In this document: positions 49,491 through 60,900 of the stretch, piece by piece
Position numbering within the stretch: the stretch's first letter is position 1
Layout of the letters: every line of letters starts with the position of its first letter
Assembly (NCBI GenBank): GCA_948356915.1
Contig: CAOJCG010000002.1
Coordinates: 128,484-192,483 of the forward strand
Direction: 5' to 3'
Length of the DNA: 64,000 bases
Source: an uncultured Clostridiaceae bacterium
GTDB lineage: Bacteria; Bacillota; Clostridia; TANB77; CAG-508
Program-made: the position numbers and the translations under genes
Notes under the pieces: model-generated
Databases searched by the model: none
What the model was told of the DNA's origin: nothing
The model's input: the letters and a program-made list of their open reading frames with translations, nothing else

Positions 49491-49997
49491 ATGTTAAAAG
49501 AATTTAAAGAGTTTGCAACAAAAGGAAATATCATGGATATGGCTATTGGTGTTATTATTGGTGGTGCTTTTCAAAAAATAGTTACCTCTTTGGTTAATGA
49601 TATCATTATGCCTGCTATAGCTATTTTTACTGGTAAAATGGATTTTTCTAATTTAGTTTTTACAATAGGTGGTTCTTCTATTAAATATGGTTCTTTTATT
49701 ACTACTATTGTGGATTTTCTGATTATTGCATTTTCTATATTTATAGCAATAAAGTCATTTAATAAATTAAATGATAAAACAAAGGAAAATTTAGAGAAAA
49801 TGGCTGAAAATAATAAACATTTTAGAAAAGCTAAAAAGAAACTTTCAGAATTAAATACTGAAGCAGATACTTCAAAAGATACTCAAGAACCAACAACGAA
49901 GGTATGCCCTTTCTGCTTTTCCCAAATAAATTATAAGGCAACTAAGTGCCCTCATTGTACTTCTAATTTGGTAGCAAAAAGTAAAAATAAGAAATAA
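49491..49997 (+). CDS. mscL: Large-conductance mechanosensitive channel with a C-terminal CxxC...CxxC zinc-ribbon extension.
   Basis: [28 protein letters not shown]-terminus, RBS aaaggtga, and a C-terminal [18 protein letters not shown]. Confidence 0.8.
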   Translation: MLKEFKEFATKGNIMDMAIGVIIGGAFQKIVTSLVNDIIMPAIAIFTGKMDFSNLVFTIGGSSIKYGSFITTIVDFLIIAFSIFIAIKSFNKLNDKTKENLEKMAENNKHFRKAKKKLSELNTEADTSKDTQEPTTKVCPFCFSQINYKATKCPHCTSNLVAKSKNKK

Positions 49998-50624
49998 TTT
50001 TACTTACTTTTGAATTTGAAAATTGTTTACTTTTTTTGTGCTATAAAACTAAAAGGTTTCATAGTGTTTAATATTTAATAAAAAATGATAACAGAAATAA
50101 TTAATATTTTTGTTATCATTTTTTATTAAAATATATTAACACTTTTTTAGTAATTTTGCATGGAACCATTTCATATTTTTTGACACCTTTTTTATACCTT
50201 CTTTCTTTTAGTCTTTTTTATATTTCTAAATATTTAACATTGTTTTATAAAAATATTTTTATAAATTTATATTGTTTCGACAAATTTCTACAAAATTGTT
50301 TAATACAGTTTGTTATAATAGTAAAAAGAACGATTTTTTATATTATTGTAGAAAATTTAAATTCAACATTAATATAAAAATTTGTAGTAAATTACGTTAG
50401 TATTCTTTACTCATATAAATCCATAAAGTTAATTAAATTATATAGGTATGCTATTATAAAAATTTACATATTTGCTATAATATGTTATTTTTAAGAATTA
50501 ATAAATATTATGTTAATAATATAGTTTGTTAATTTTCTTTGCACTTTATTTTAACTTAAAATGCAAATTTTTTTTATTTACTATATAGTTTAAAAAATAT
50601 AATATATATATAAGGAGGGAAAAA

Positions 50625-51263
50625 ATGGATATAGGAAAAAAAATTTATGAATTACGAAAAAGTGAGAATCTTTCACAGGAGCAACTTGCTGAAAAAGAAG
50701 GTCTAAATGTTACTAGACAAACCATTTCTAATTGGGAATTAGGTCAAACAGTACCTGATATAAATCAAGTAACAGCATTAGCCAAAATATTTAAAATTAG
50801 TTTAGATGAACTTGTAGATAATGATATTCAAAATGTAATAGTTCAAAAGATCGCCAAAACAGAAAAAATAACTAGTACTACTAATATACTACTGAAATTT
50901 CTTTTATTTACTATCATATGTTTTATAATTTTAATAGCTATTGCTATCAGTATGTATATAATAAATTCGACAAAATTAAATAATAAAATAAAATTAGAAA
51001 AGCAAATGTTATATGAATGCCAAATTCAAAATAGAAGTAAAAAGATTTATTGTACAATTGATAATAGAGAATATGGATATGAATTTTTCTATAATGCTGA
51101 TTATACATTTAAACATTACAACGTTTGGTTTATTAATCAAAATGTTAATGGAAGTAATTTTGAAGTTATAAATTTTAAAAATTATACTGATGTTAGAATA
51201 CTCCTACAAAACCTTAAACAATTTTGTGAAAATAATGGAGGAACTTACAAAGAGTTTGATTAA
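50625..51263 (+). CDS. XRE-family HTH regulator with a C-terminal TM and an extracytoplasmic domain.
   Basis: HTH_XRE LSQEQLAEKEGLNVTRQTISNWELGQTVPD. Confidence 0.75.
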   Translation: MDIGKKIYELRKSENLSQEQLAEKEGLNVTRQTISNWELGQTVPDINQVTALAKIFKISLDELVDNDIQNVIVQKIAKTEKITSTTNILLKFLLFTIICFIILIAIAISMYIINSTKLNNKIKLEKQMLYECQIQNRSKKIYCTIDNREYGYEFFYNADYTFKHYNVWFINQNVNGSNFEVINFKNYTDVRILLQNLKQFCENNGGTYKEFD

Positions 51264-51446
51264 CATTGTAATATGATATAGAATTACAATTCAGAGTTAA
51301 TAATTTGTAATTCTATATCATAATTTGCAATTTTTTCCAATATTTTCAATATTTTTCCAGAAAACTATTGGCTTTTCTAGTAGAATATAGTAATATTTAT
51401 TTCGTAATTATTAATTTGCGTTGAAAAGTAAGAAAGGAAGGGCTTT

Positions 51447-51857
51447 ATGAAAGATTTACGTTTTAAAAAAATACTTTCTTTGATTTGTGTAATTTGTCTC
51501 TTCGCATTTTCAGGTACTATCTGTTATGCAAGTGGACTTATCTATGGACCAGATGTCTTTAATATGACAAATACTGGAATAAAAGTTTCTACTTTTACTG
51601 TATCAAATGAATATGATTATCATCAAATTAATGTTCATTTTCAAGGAAGACCCGGAGATGGAGCTAATAGCTCTGCTGTATTTTCATTTACTGTAACAGG
51701 TAATAACTTTTCTAAAACTCTGTATCTTCCAGCAAATCGGACTACTCAAGTAGTCACTATAGGAAATCTTCCTGCTGGAAGCTATAAATGTACAGTTAGA
51801 CCTTATGCCAGTGTATCTGGATCATATGTATGTGTTTTTCAAATATATGCATATTAA
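51447..51857 (+). CDS. Secreted hypothetical protein. Contains an in-frame CGG (PANRTT) that is read as Arg.
   Basis: Signal peptide, ORF track. Confidence 0.5.
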   Translation: MKDLRFKKILSLICVICLFAFSGTICYASGLIYGPDVFNMTNTGIKVSTFTVSNEYDYHQINVHFQGRPGDGANSSAVFSFTVTGNNFSKTLYLPANRTTQVVTIGNLPAGSYKCTVRPYASVSGSYVCVFQIYAY

Positions 51858-52001
51858 GTGTTAATATTTTATATTTTAAAATTATGTAACTAATAACAAT
51901 TGTTGTTTTACTTTTCAACGCATTAGGACCCTGTTTGGGTCCTTTTTTAATTTATTCAATCTTTCCTATATATAAATATTTAATTCTAATATTTTTTCCT
52001 C

Positions 52002-53246
52002 TTATAATTTTATAGTATCATCTTTTATATAATACTTAGTTCCTACCATTTTATCTGGTAGATATTGTTGTTCTACAAAATGACCTGGGTAGTCGTGTGG
52101 ATATTTATATCCGCCATGATATCCGAATTGTTCCATTCCTTCTACTGGGGCATTTCTTATGTGCATTGGAACTTCCCCTGTGTCTTTTGTTTTTACATCT
52201 TCTAGTGCTCTATTTATTGCTAAATATGATGCGTTAGATTTAGGAGATGTTGCTACATATATTGCTGCTTCTGAAAGTATTATTCGTGCTTCTGGCATTC
52301 CTACCATGTGCACTGCTTGCATTGCACTATTTGCTACTACTAGTGCATTTGGGTTTGCCATTCCTACATCTTCTGAGGCACATATTACTATTCTTCTTGC
52401 TAAAAACATTGGGTCTTCTCCTCCATTTAGTGCTCTTGCTAAATAAAATACTACTGCATCTGGGTCACTTCCACGCATTGACTTTATGAATGCACTTATA
52501 TTATCATAGTGGCTATCTCCATTTTTATCAAATATTGCTTTTCTATTTTGTACACTATCTGCTGCTATTTCATTTGTTATTTTAATTATTCCATTTTCGC
52601 CCATTTTTGTTGTAAGTACTGCTACTTCTAAACCATTTAATGCTGTTCTTACATCTCCATTTGAAACGTCTGCTATTTTTCTTAATGTTTCATCTTCTAC
52701 TTCTATTTTATAACTTCCAAGCCCTTCTTCTGCTGTTAATGACCTTTTTAATACTTCATAAATGTTATTTACTGTTAATGGTTCTAGTTTTACTACCATT
52801 GACCTAGAAATTAAAGCCTTATTTACTTCAAAATATGGATTTTCTGTTGTTGCTCCTATTAATATTACTGTTCCATTTTCTACATATGGTAATAAAGCAT
52901 CTTGTTGTAATTTATTGAATCTATGGATTTCATCTATAAATAGAATGCATTTGCCTGATGGATTAAGCATTAAATTACTAGCCTCTGCCACAGCATTCTT
53001 TATATCTGATACTCCTGATGTTACTGCATTAATTTTTGTAAATTTATATTTTGTTGTTTCACTTATAACTCTTGCTAATGATGTTTTTCCACATCCAGGT
53101 GGTCCCCATAGAATGATACTTGAAAGCCTGTCTGCTTTTATTGTTCTATATAATATTTTATCTTTTCCTAATATATGTTCTTGCCCTACATATTCTTCTA
53201 ATGTTTTTGGCCTCATCCTGAATGCTAGTGGCTTACTTAAATCCAT
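52002..53246 (-). CDS. rarA: Replication-associated recombination protein A (AAA+ MgsA/RarA).
   Basis: LAFRMRPKTLEEYVGQEHILG...ILWGPPGCGKTSLA. Confidence 0.85.
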   Translation of the reverse strand: MDLSKPLAFRMRPKTLEEYVGQEHILGKDKILYRTIKADRLSSIILWGPPGCGKTSLARVISETTKYKFTKINAVTSGVSDIKNAVAEASNLMLNPSGKCILFIDEIHRFNKLQQDALLPYVENGTVILIGATTENPYFEVNKALISRSMVVKLEPLTVNNIYEVLKRSLTAEEGLGSYKIEVEDETLRKIADVSNGDVRTALNGLEVAVLTTKMGENGIIKITNEIAADSVQNRKAIFDKNGDSHYDNISAFIKSMRGSDPDAVVFYLARALNGGEDPMFLARRIVICASEDVGMANPNALVVANSAMQAVHMVGMPEARIILSEAAIYVATSPKSNASYLAINRALEDVKTKDTGEVPMHIRNAPVEGMEQFGYHGGYKYPHDYPGHFVEQQYLPDKMVGTKYYIKDDTIKL

Positions 53247-53268
53247 AATTTTTCTCCTTTTTTAAATT

Positions 53269-53868
53269 TTACCTTGCTAAATTTTTTAGACCTATTTTTA
53301 TTATTTCTTCTACTGATAATTCACTTTCTACTTTTTGCAGTGCTTTTTCTATTTCTTTTTTACTATATCCTAATACTTGAAGTGCAGATGTTGCTTCTGT
53401 TATTTTTTCGCTATCTTCCTCTTCTTTTGTGTTATCTATCGCTTTATTTTCTGCTATTTCTTCTTCTGATTTTATTTTGTCTTTTAATTCTAATATAATT
53501 CTTTGAGCGGTTTTTGGACCTATTCCTGGTAATGATTTTATTTTTGAAACATCATTTGTTATTACTGCAATTGCAAATTGTGATGGTACTATATTAGAAA
53601 GTATTGTTATTGCTGATTTTGCCCCTATTCCGCTTACTTGAAGTAAAAGTTCAAACATACGAAGTTCTTCATTTGTATTAAAACCATATAGACTCATGTC
53701 GTCTTCTCTAACTTTTAAATATGTATGTACCTTAACATTTTCCCCTATTTCTCCTAATTTTTCTATTGCTGTTTCTGACATAAATATTTTATATCCAACT
53801 CCATTTACATCTATTACAATATAACCTCTTGTTTTTATTTCTAAGCTTCCTTTTATATATGCAAACAT
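53269..53868 (-). CDS. ruvA: Holliday junction branch-migration complex subunit RuvA.
   Basis: MFAYIKG...GVGYKI N-terminus and the HhH pair LPGIGPKTAQRI. Confidence 0.85.
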   Translation of the reverse strand: MFAYIKGSLEIKTRGYIVIDVNGVGYKIFMSETAIEKLGEIGENVKVHTYLKVREDDMSLYGFNTNEELRMFELLLQVSGIGAKSAITILSNIVPSQFAIAVITNDVSKIKSLPGIGPKTAQRIILELKDKIKSEEEIAENKAIDNTKEEEDSEKITEATSALQVLGYSKKEIEKALQKVESELSVEEIIKIGLKNLAR

Positions 53869-54112
53869 TTTCGTTTCTCCTCTTTTCTATTTTTTGAAAG
53901 TTGTTGACATTTATTTAGAAAAATTATTGACATCTGTTTATTCTCATTTTCTATAGCATTTAATATACAACATATATTAGGGAAAATCAAGCGAACATTT
54001 AATATTTTTGCAAATTTTTGTTTTGTAGTTTAATTTATCTCTTTTTATATTCCTTAATTTTTTCAAACTAATAATAAAACTCCCCCTTATCTAGTTGAGA
54101 AGGGGGGTTTTA

Positions 54113-54673
54113 TTATTTTTCTTGAAAAGTACTTTTTCCTACTATCATTCCAACCATATGCACAATTTTTGTAGAATTTCTTTTAGCAATTCCTTTTCCT
54201 AATGCTTTTCCTCCTACTGTTAGCGAAGCAACTATTGCACTTATTATAAATTGGATATCAAATGCTAGCCCAAATTTTTCTGTTATTTTTAGTGTAACTA
54301 GTGCTGATATTGAACCACTTAATACTCCACATATATCTCCTATAACATCTGCACATATGTTTGAAACTTTTGATGAGTTTCTAATTAATTTTATTGAAGT
54401 TTTGGCTCCTTGTATTTTTTTACTAGCTTTAGCATGTAGTTCTTCTTCATTTGCTACTGTTACTGCTACACCAATTATATCAAATATTATTCCTACAAAA
54501 ATTGTAACAATTAATATTAAAATTGCTGGAAATAATTCTAAGCATGATATTGCATTAGTAGAAATATATGAAAATACTATAGATAAAATAAAAGTAGTTA
54601 TTACTACTATTACAAACCATTTCAGGTCCGCATTTTCTTTCTTATCTTTTTTATTTTTCTCTTTCTTAGCCAT
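54113..54673 (-). CDS. DUF21 (CNNM transmembrane domain)-like membrane protein.
   Basis: 4 TM helices with a DUF21-like spacing and a Lys-rich N-terminus. Confidence 0.45.
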   Translation of the reverse strand: MAKKEKNKKDKKENADLKWFVIVVITTFILSIVFSYISTNAISCLELFPAILILIVTIFVGIIFDIIGVAVTVANEEELHAKASKKIQGAKTSIKLIRNSSKVSNICADVIGDICGVLSGSISALVTLKITEKFGLAFDIQFIISAIVASLTVGGKALGKGIAKRNSTKIVHMVGMIVGKSTFQEK

Positions 54674-55040
54674 TTATTCTTTTGCTCCTTTTTACTTTTT
54701 TCTCAATTAACATTTTTGTGTCAAAAAAGGACGTCTTTTTTTGACAGTCCATTTTATTAAAAATTATTTAGATGGTAAAGGCCTAAGTAAATTTTACGGT
54801 TTAGGTCTAGAAGAATTTCTCTATTTTCTACTAACCATTACTGTTTAGCCGTTTCCGTTTAAAGAAAATATCTCCTACTACTATGTATAAAAGTAATAGA
54901 TAGAAACCAGATCGCCACTTAAAATCCGTACCTTAATCCATAAGCCTCCATGCTTTTAATTTAAAGCAAACATTCTAGAAGTTTTCCTTGGGCATACTAA
55001 AAGCTATTGCTAGTCTTTTTTGCAATAATAGTTTCATAAC

Positions 55041-55158
55041 TATAAAGAAGCTATAAAAAGGTGTGTCAAAAGGGATTGGGGATATTGACATACTTTATTT
55101 TTTAAAGATGTGTCAATATCCCCGTCCATTTTGACACACTTTTTTATAGCTTCTTTGG
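55041..55158. repeat. Composite nested palindrome. Outer inverted repeats ataaagaagctataaaaag / cttttttatagcttctttgg enclose two GTGTCAA...TTGACAC hairpin units.
   Basis: Read directly from the sequence. Confidence 0.6.
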
Positions 55159-55701
55159 AAAATTAAATTTGGCCAAATTTAATTTTCTTTTTAGTTAATC
55201 CCAGTATTATCACTCGAGACAGGCTACGCTATGCGTTTTATGTCTTGGCATTCAGCATAGGTTACTCTTAAGCATTTTTCTAAAAAGGTTTCATTAGATA
55301 TATTGCCTAAGCCTCCGCGAAAATAGGGCTTCCTTATATATGCCATTATATAATACCCTAATTTCTTACTCCCTGGATACACACAAAACTGGCATTTCGC
55401 GCATAAACAAGAAACTTCAACGATGTGCCCTTTAGTGGATTTTTAGCCCCACCCTCACAATAGTTGTATGCTACTAGAATAATGCACCATCGTTTTTATT
55501 ATAGCATATTTTTCCAAATTTTCAAGTTCATTTATTGTTATTTCACTTAATTTTCACAAAAATATGATATTAAATATAAATATAGAGGCATTATATATAA
55601 ATTGTTACATAAAAAATATCTAAAACCTCTTGTATTTAATTCAATTATGTGTTATTATATTAAATAGTCAATTTAACAAAAACTTATAGGAGGTGTAAGA
55701 A

Positions 55702-55899
55702 ATGGCAAAATGTGAAATTTGCGAAAAAACACTATCTCATGGAAATCAAATTAGTATTGCTCGTTCACACGTTAGTAGAAGAGCTACTAGAACTTTTAAA
55801 CCAAATACAAGAACTGTTAAAGCTATAGTAAATGGACAAACAAAAAGAATATCTGTATGTGCTAAATGCTTACGTTCAGGTAAAGTAAAAAGAGCTTAA
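55702..55899 (+). CDS. rpmB: 50S ribosomal protein L28.
   Basis: MAKCEICEKT...RSHVSRRATRTFKPN and an RBS aggagg. Confidence 0.9.
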   Translation: MAKCEICEKTLSHGNQISIARSHVSRRATRTFKPNTRTVKAIVNGQTKRISVCAKCLRSGKVKRA

Positions 55900-56241
55900 T
55901 TAAATTATAAATAGAAGTAGGATGCATACTACTTTTTATATGTAGATTTCTTAAGAAATAGTAAAATAAAATAGGTCAAATTAAATGAGGTGAATATTAT
56001 TATTCATTTGATTTAATTTGATCTATTTTTAGTATATATTATATATTTTAATCACTAAATTTTTCTTCTCTAAAAAAATATTTAAGGACTGTCCCCAGCG
56101 CTTCTGAATTCGGAAGCATTAAGGACCGTCCCTACCGTTCCCTACTCTTTTATTCCAAATATTAATTTTATGAATCCTCTTAAAAATTTTGGTACTTTTT
56201 TTACTACTATTGTCATTTTTACCACTCTCCTTTTTATGTAT

Positions 56242-56391
56242 TTAGCAAATTAGCCACATTAAGCCTACTGCAAGTATTGCTATTCCTATTAAAAATAACC
56301 ACCCTGTTACTGGAAGTAATAATACTAGTAGCACTCCAAGCCCTAAACCTATTAAACATACCCCTATTGTCCTTTTTAGTAATCTAAACAT
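56242..56391 (-). CDS. 49-aa two-TM hydrophobic peptide MFRLLKRTIGVCLIGLGLGVLLVLLLPVTGWLFLIGIAILAVGLMWLIC (below the ORF-track threshold).
   Basis: Perfect SD ggaggtaatatatt before the ATG at 56391. The frame is open for 50 codons. Confidence 0.45.
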   Translation of the reverse strand: MFRLLKRTIGVCLIGLGLGVLLVLLLPVTGWLFLIGIAILAVGLMWLIC

Positions 56392-56559
56392 AATATATTA
56401 CCTCCTTTATTTATATTATATTTTGTTTTATTTATTTTGTTACCTTTATATAACATTTTGCCTTGAAAATACTTTAATTTTATGGTTTAATATTAATGAC
56501 GTGAATGGGATATTTCCTTATTCGTGATACAAAAAAGAGGCAAGGATTGATAAAATTAT

Positions 56560-57189
56560 ATGAACAAAAAAGATATTATAAAAATTATAGAAATATTAAA
56601 AAGTACATACCCTGATGCTAAATGTAGTTTAGATTTTACTACACCTTTTGAAATGTTAGTAGCAGTTATTTTATCTGCTCAGTGTACTGATGAACGAGTT
56701 AATAAAACAACTCCTTCACTTTTTTCAAAATATTCTACTCCAAAAGACTTTGCTAAAATTGATATAGCTGAACTTGAACAATTAATTCACCCTTGTGGCT
56801 TTTATAAAAATAAGGCTAAAAGTATTAAGGAAACTGCTAAAATAATTGAAGAAAAGTATGCAGGAAAAGTTCCTGAAACTATGGAAGAACTTATGGCACT
56901 TCCTGGTGTTGGTAGAAAAACTGCTAATGTTGTTATGCTTGAAGCTTTTAATAAACCACAAGGTATTGCTGTTGATACACATTGTAAAAGAATTGCTAAT
57001 AGAATTGGCTTTTCTAATAAAAAAGAGCCTGAAAAAATTGAACAAGATTTACTTAAGGTTATTCCAAAAGAATATTATAAAGATGTTAACCATATTCTTA
57101 TATGGCATGGTAGAAATACTTGTATGGCTAGAAATCCTAATTGTGCAAATTGTTCTATAAAAGATTTTTGTAAAAGCATAAAAAAATAA
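56560..57189 (+). CDS. nth: Endonuclease III.
   Basis: HhH-GPD LPGVGRKTANVV, and the C-terminal 4Fe-4S cluster CMARNPNCANCSIKDFC. Confidence 0.9.
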   Translation: MNKKDIIKIIEILKSTYPDAKCSLDFTTPFEMLVAVILSAQCTDERVNKTTPSLFSKYSTPKDFAKIDIAELEQLIHPCGFYKNKAKSIKETAKIIEEKYAGKVPETMEELMALPGVGRKTANVVMLEAFNKPQGIAVDTHCKRIANRIGFSNKKEPEKIEQDLLKVIPKEYYKDVNHILIWHGRNTCMARNPNCANCSIKDFCKSIKK

Positions 57190-57340
57190 TCGTTTATTAG
57201 TTACACCTCAAGTTATTATAAGATTATGAAAAACAAGAATAATATTCTAAGGAAACTCACCGCTATCGCGGATGACTTTCCTAAGAATATGAAAAATTGT
57301 ATTCAATTTTTCAATATATAAATAGTAAAGGAGACTAACA

Positions 57341-57877
57341 ATGAAATTAATTGATAAAAAATATATGAATAAATATAATAATGAAGATTATGTATGGTAT
57401 GCTTGTTATGGTTCTAATATCAATTATAAAAGATTTATGCATTATATTGATGGTGATATAACTGGAAAATATAGTACAACTAATGGTTGTATTGATAAAT
57501 CAGTACCAATAGAAGAAAGACCTTATATATTTGATTGTCCCATTTATTTTGCAGGAAATAGTAAAAGATGGAATGGTGGAGGATTTGCTTTTCTTGATTA
57601 TGAGCATACTGGCAAAAGTTATGGAAAAATATATAAATTAAAAATGAGCCAATTTAGAGGTGTATTAGAGCAAGAACAAAGTTGTAAATTATATGATGCA
57701 ATACTATTAGTTGATTATATTGATGATTTACCTGTGTTTACTTTTACTTCTAAACATAAACTATATAACCTATTACAAAACCCAAGTGCTCAATATACTG
57801 AGGTAATAAAAGAGGGACTATTAAGCTTATATGATAATATTGACAGTAATCAGATAGACGATTATTTAAAAAACTAA
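57341..57877 (+). CDS. Gamma-glutamylcyclotransferase-like (AIG2/GGCT fold) protein.
   Basis: YACYGSNINYKRF matches the YGSNL motif of the GGCT family. Confidence 0.45.
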   Translation: MKLIDKKYMNKYNNEDYVWYACYGSNINYKRFMHYIDGDITGKYSTTNGCIDKSVPIEERPYIFDCPIYFAGNSKRWNGGGFAFLDYEHTGKSYGKIYKLKMSQFRGVLEQEQSCKLYDAILLVDYIDDLPVFTFTSKHKLYNLLQNPSAQYTEVIKEGLLSLYDNIDSNQIDDYLKN

Positions 57878-57923
57878 ATAAAATTACCCCAAAAGAACCT
57901 GGTCCTTTTGGGGTAATTTTATT

Positions 57924-60900
57924 TTATTTATTTGCAAGTTTCATTGAAAGTAGTTTACTTATTCCGTTTTCTTCCATTGTTACACCATATACTGTATCTG
58001 CGGCTTCCATTGTTCCTTTTCTATGTGTTATTACTAAGAACTGTGTTTCTCTGCTGAATTTTTTTAAGTATTCTGCATATCTATATACATTTACATCATC
58101 TAGTGCAGCTTCTATTTCATCTAGTATACAAAATGGTGCTGGGTTTATTTTTAGTATTGCAAATAGTAATGCTATTGCTGTAAAAGCTCTTTCTCCTCCT
58201 GAAAGAAGCATCATATTTTGAAGTTTCTTTCCAGTTGGTTGTACTTTAATGTCTATTCCACATTCTAATATATTATTTTCGTCTTCTAATATTAGCTCTG
58301 CTTTTCCTCCACCAAATAATTCTACAAATACTTCATTAAAGTTTTTATTTATAATATTGAATTTTTCTATGAACTCTTTTTTCATAGTTTCTGTCATTTC
58401 AGATATAATTTTTCTTAATTTGGCCCCAGTTCCTTCTAAGTCTAAACGTTGCTCACTCATAAAGTCATATCTTTCTTTTGCTTTTTTATATTCTTCAATC
58501 GAGTCAATGTTTATACTTCCTAAATTCCTAATTTCATTTCTTAAATTATGTACTTGTTTTGTTGCTACCGCAATATTTGTAGGTTTCTCAAATTCTTCTG
58601 CACTATTTGGTGTTATTTCATATTCTTCCCATAACTGGTCTACAACCTGCTTAATATCTTGTTCTAGTTTGGTTTTCTTAACATCAATTTTTACTATTTG
58701 TTCTTTTAAGTCTTCTATAACCTTAAATTTTTCTGCTATTTCATTTTCTAATTTAGAAAGTTTTTCATTCTTTTCTATTCTTGAACTTTTAAGTCCTTCT
58801 ATAACGTTAGAACTATTTTGTACTTCCGCTTTTATACTTTCTATTTGATTATTTAAGCTTTCTATATTTTGTTCTAAGCTTTCATTTTCAGTAATAATAT
58901 TATCTATTTGTTCTTCTTTATTTTGTATGCTTATTTTGTTATTTTGAATATCAACATCTATTCTTTCAATCATTTCATCTAAAGACATCTTGCTTTCATC
59001 AAATGAAGATACTGAAATTTTCAAGTTTGTAATATCAAAATTCAAGTCATCTATATAAGCTTGACTATCTTTGTTATCTTTCGAGAATTCTTCTATAATA
59101 GCATTTAGTTCTTCTATTTCTTTAGTTAAACTTGCTATTTGTTCTTCTTTTTCTTGTTTTACTTTTCTATTTTCCTGCTTTTCTTCATTTATTGAAACAT
59201 TTTCTTGCTTTAGTTTTTCTAACCTTGCTTCTATTTTGTTAATATTCTCTTCTACTGAAACCATTTTTTGTTTTTCTGTAGCATATACAATATCTATTTC
59301 TTGAAGTACTTTTTCTAGCTCTTCTGAATTTTTTAGAATGTCTTGGATAGATTTTTCATATTCTTCTTTTTCTCTAGTTTTTTCTTCTATAGTGTTTTCT
59401 ATTTTCTTTATTTGTTTTTCTAAGCCTTCAATTTCTCTTGCTCTACCTAAAATATTAACTGTCTTGTTAGCTATGCTACCACCTGTCATTGCTCCTGATG
59501 GATTTATTACATCACCTTTTAGTGTAACTATTCTAAATGAATAACTATTCTTTTTAGCTAAAGCAATTCCATTATTCATATCATCTACTATAACAGTTCT
59601 TCCAAGTAGATTTAAAACTATCTGCTCATATTTTTTGCTATATTTTACTAAGTCTGATGCTATTCCAATTACTCCTTCTATACCTTTATCATTTATTTTT
59701 TCTAGTTTTTTACCTTTTACCGCTGTAATTGGTAAGAATGAAGCTCTTCCTAGATTTCCTTTACGTAAGAAATCTATTAATTTTTTTGCATCTTCTTCTG
59801 TTTCTGTTACTATATTTTGAAGACTTGCTCCTAAGCACATTTCTATAGCTGTTTCATATTCTTCTGGGGCTGATACAAGGTTTGCCAAAACACCATTCAT
59901 TCCCTTTTTTAAGCTACTATCTTTTTCACATTCTAGAAGTAAGTTTTTTACACTTTTTGTATATCCTTCTTTTTCTTTTTCTGTTTCTATTAAAAATTTA
60001 AGTCTTGAATCTTTCATTCTTAAGTCATAATTTAAATTGTTAATTTGCGTTTCATATTCTTTAAGCTTAACTATACTTTCTTGCTTTTTGCAGTTTGCTT
60101 CATTTATTTTACTTACTTGATCATTTCTTTTAGTTTCTATTTCATAAAAACCTTTTGATAGCTCTTGTTTACTCATTCTAGTTTCATCTAGTTCTGAAAT
60201 AGCTGTATTTATTTCTTGTTTAACTATTTTCTCTCTTTTATTTAAGTTTTCATAGTTAACATCTTGTTCATTTATTTTACTTGCTATTTCATATTTCAAA
60301 TCAACATTAGCTTCTACTTTTTGCTTTTTTTCTTCCATTTCTAGCTCTTTTGTAGATAGCTTTGCAGTTATTTCACTTAGCTTTTCTTCTTTTTCTTGCA
60401 ATTCTTTTTCAAATTTTTCTCTATTTGTATTTAAATTGATTTTCTTTTCTTGTTTTTGTTTTTTCTCCTCTTCTAGTTCTACATTTCTTACTTTTATTTC
60501 TTCTATTTCATCTTTAAAACGGTTAGAATTTTGTTTATTATTTTCTATTCTCTCTTTTGCAACATTTATATCTGAATTTATTTTCTCTATTTTATTTGTG
60601 CTTTCAAAACCTAAGTTTTGCATTTCTTCTATTCTTGTTGTAATATTATCTATTTGTTTCTTTAGTTCTTCTTTTAGAGCACGCATATCTTCCTGCTTTT
60701 TGTCTTCTTCTTCATACTGCGCATTTATTATTTCGCTATCCTTTGCTATTTCTTCTAACTTCTTTTTATAAGTTTCTATATTATAAATAAATAGTCCTAC
60801 TTCTATTCCTTTTAGTTCTTCACGTAAGTCTAAAAACTTCTTAGCTTTTTCAGATTGTATTTTAAGTGGGTCTAAACTTCCTTCTATTTCAACTAAAATG

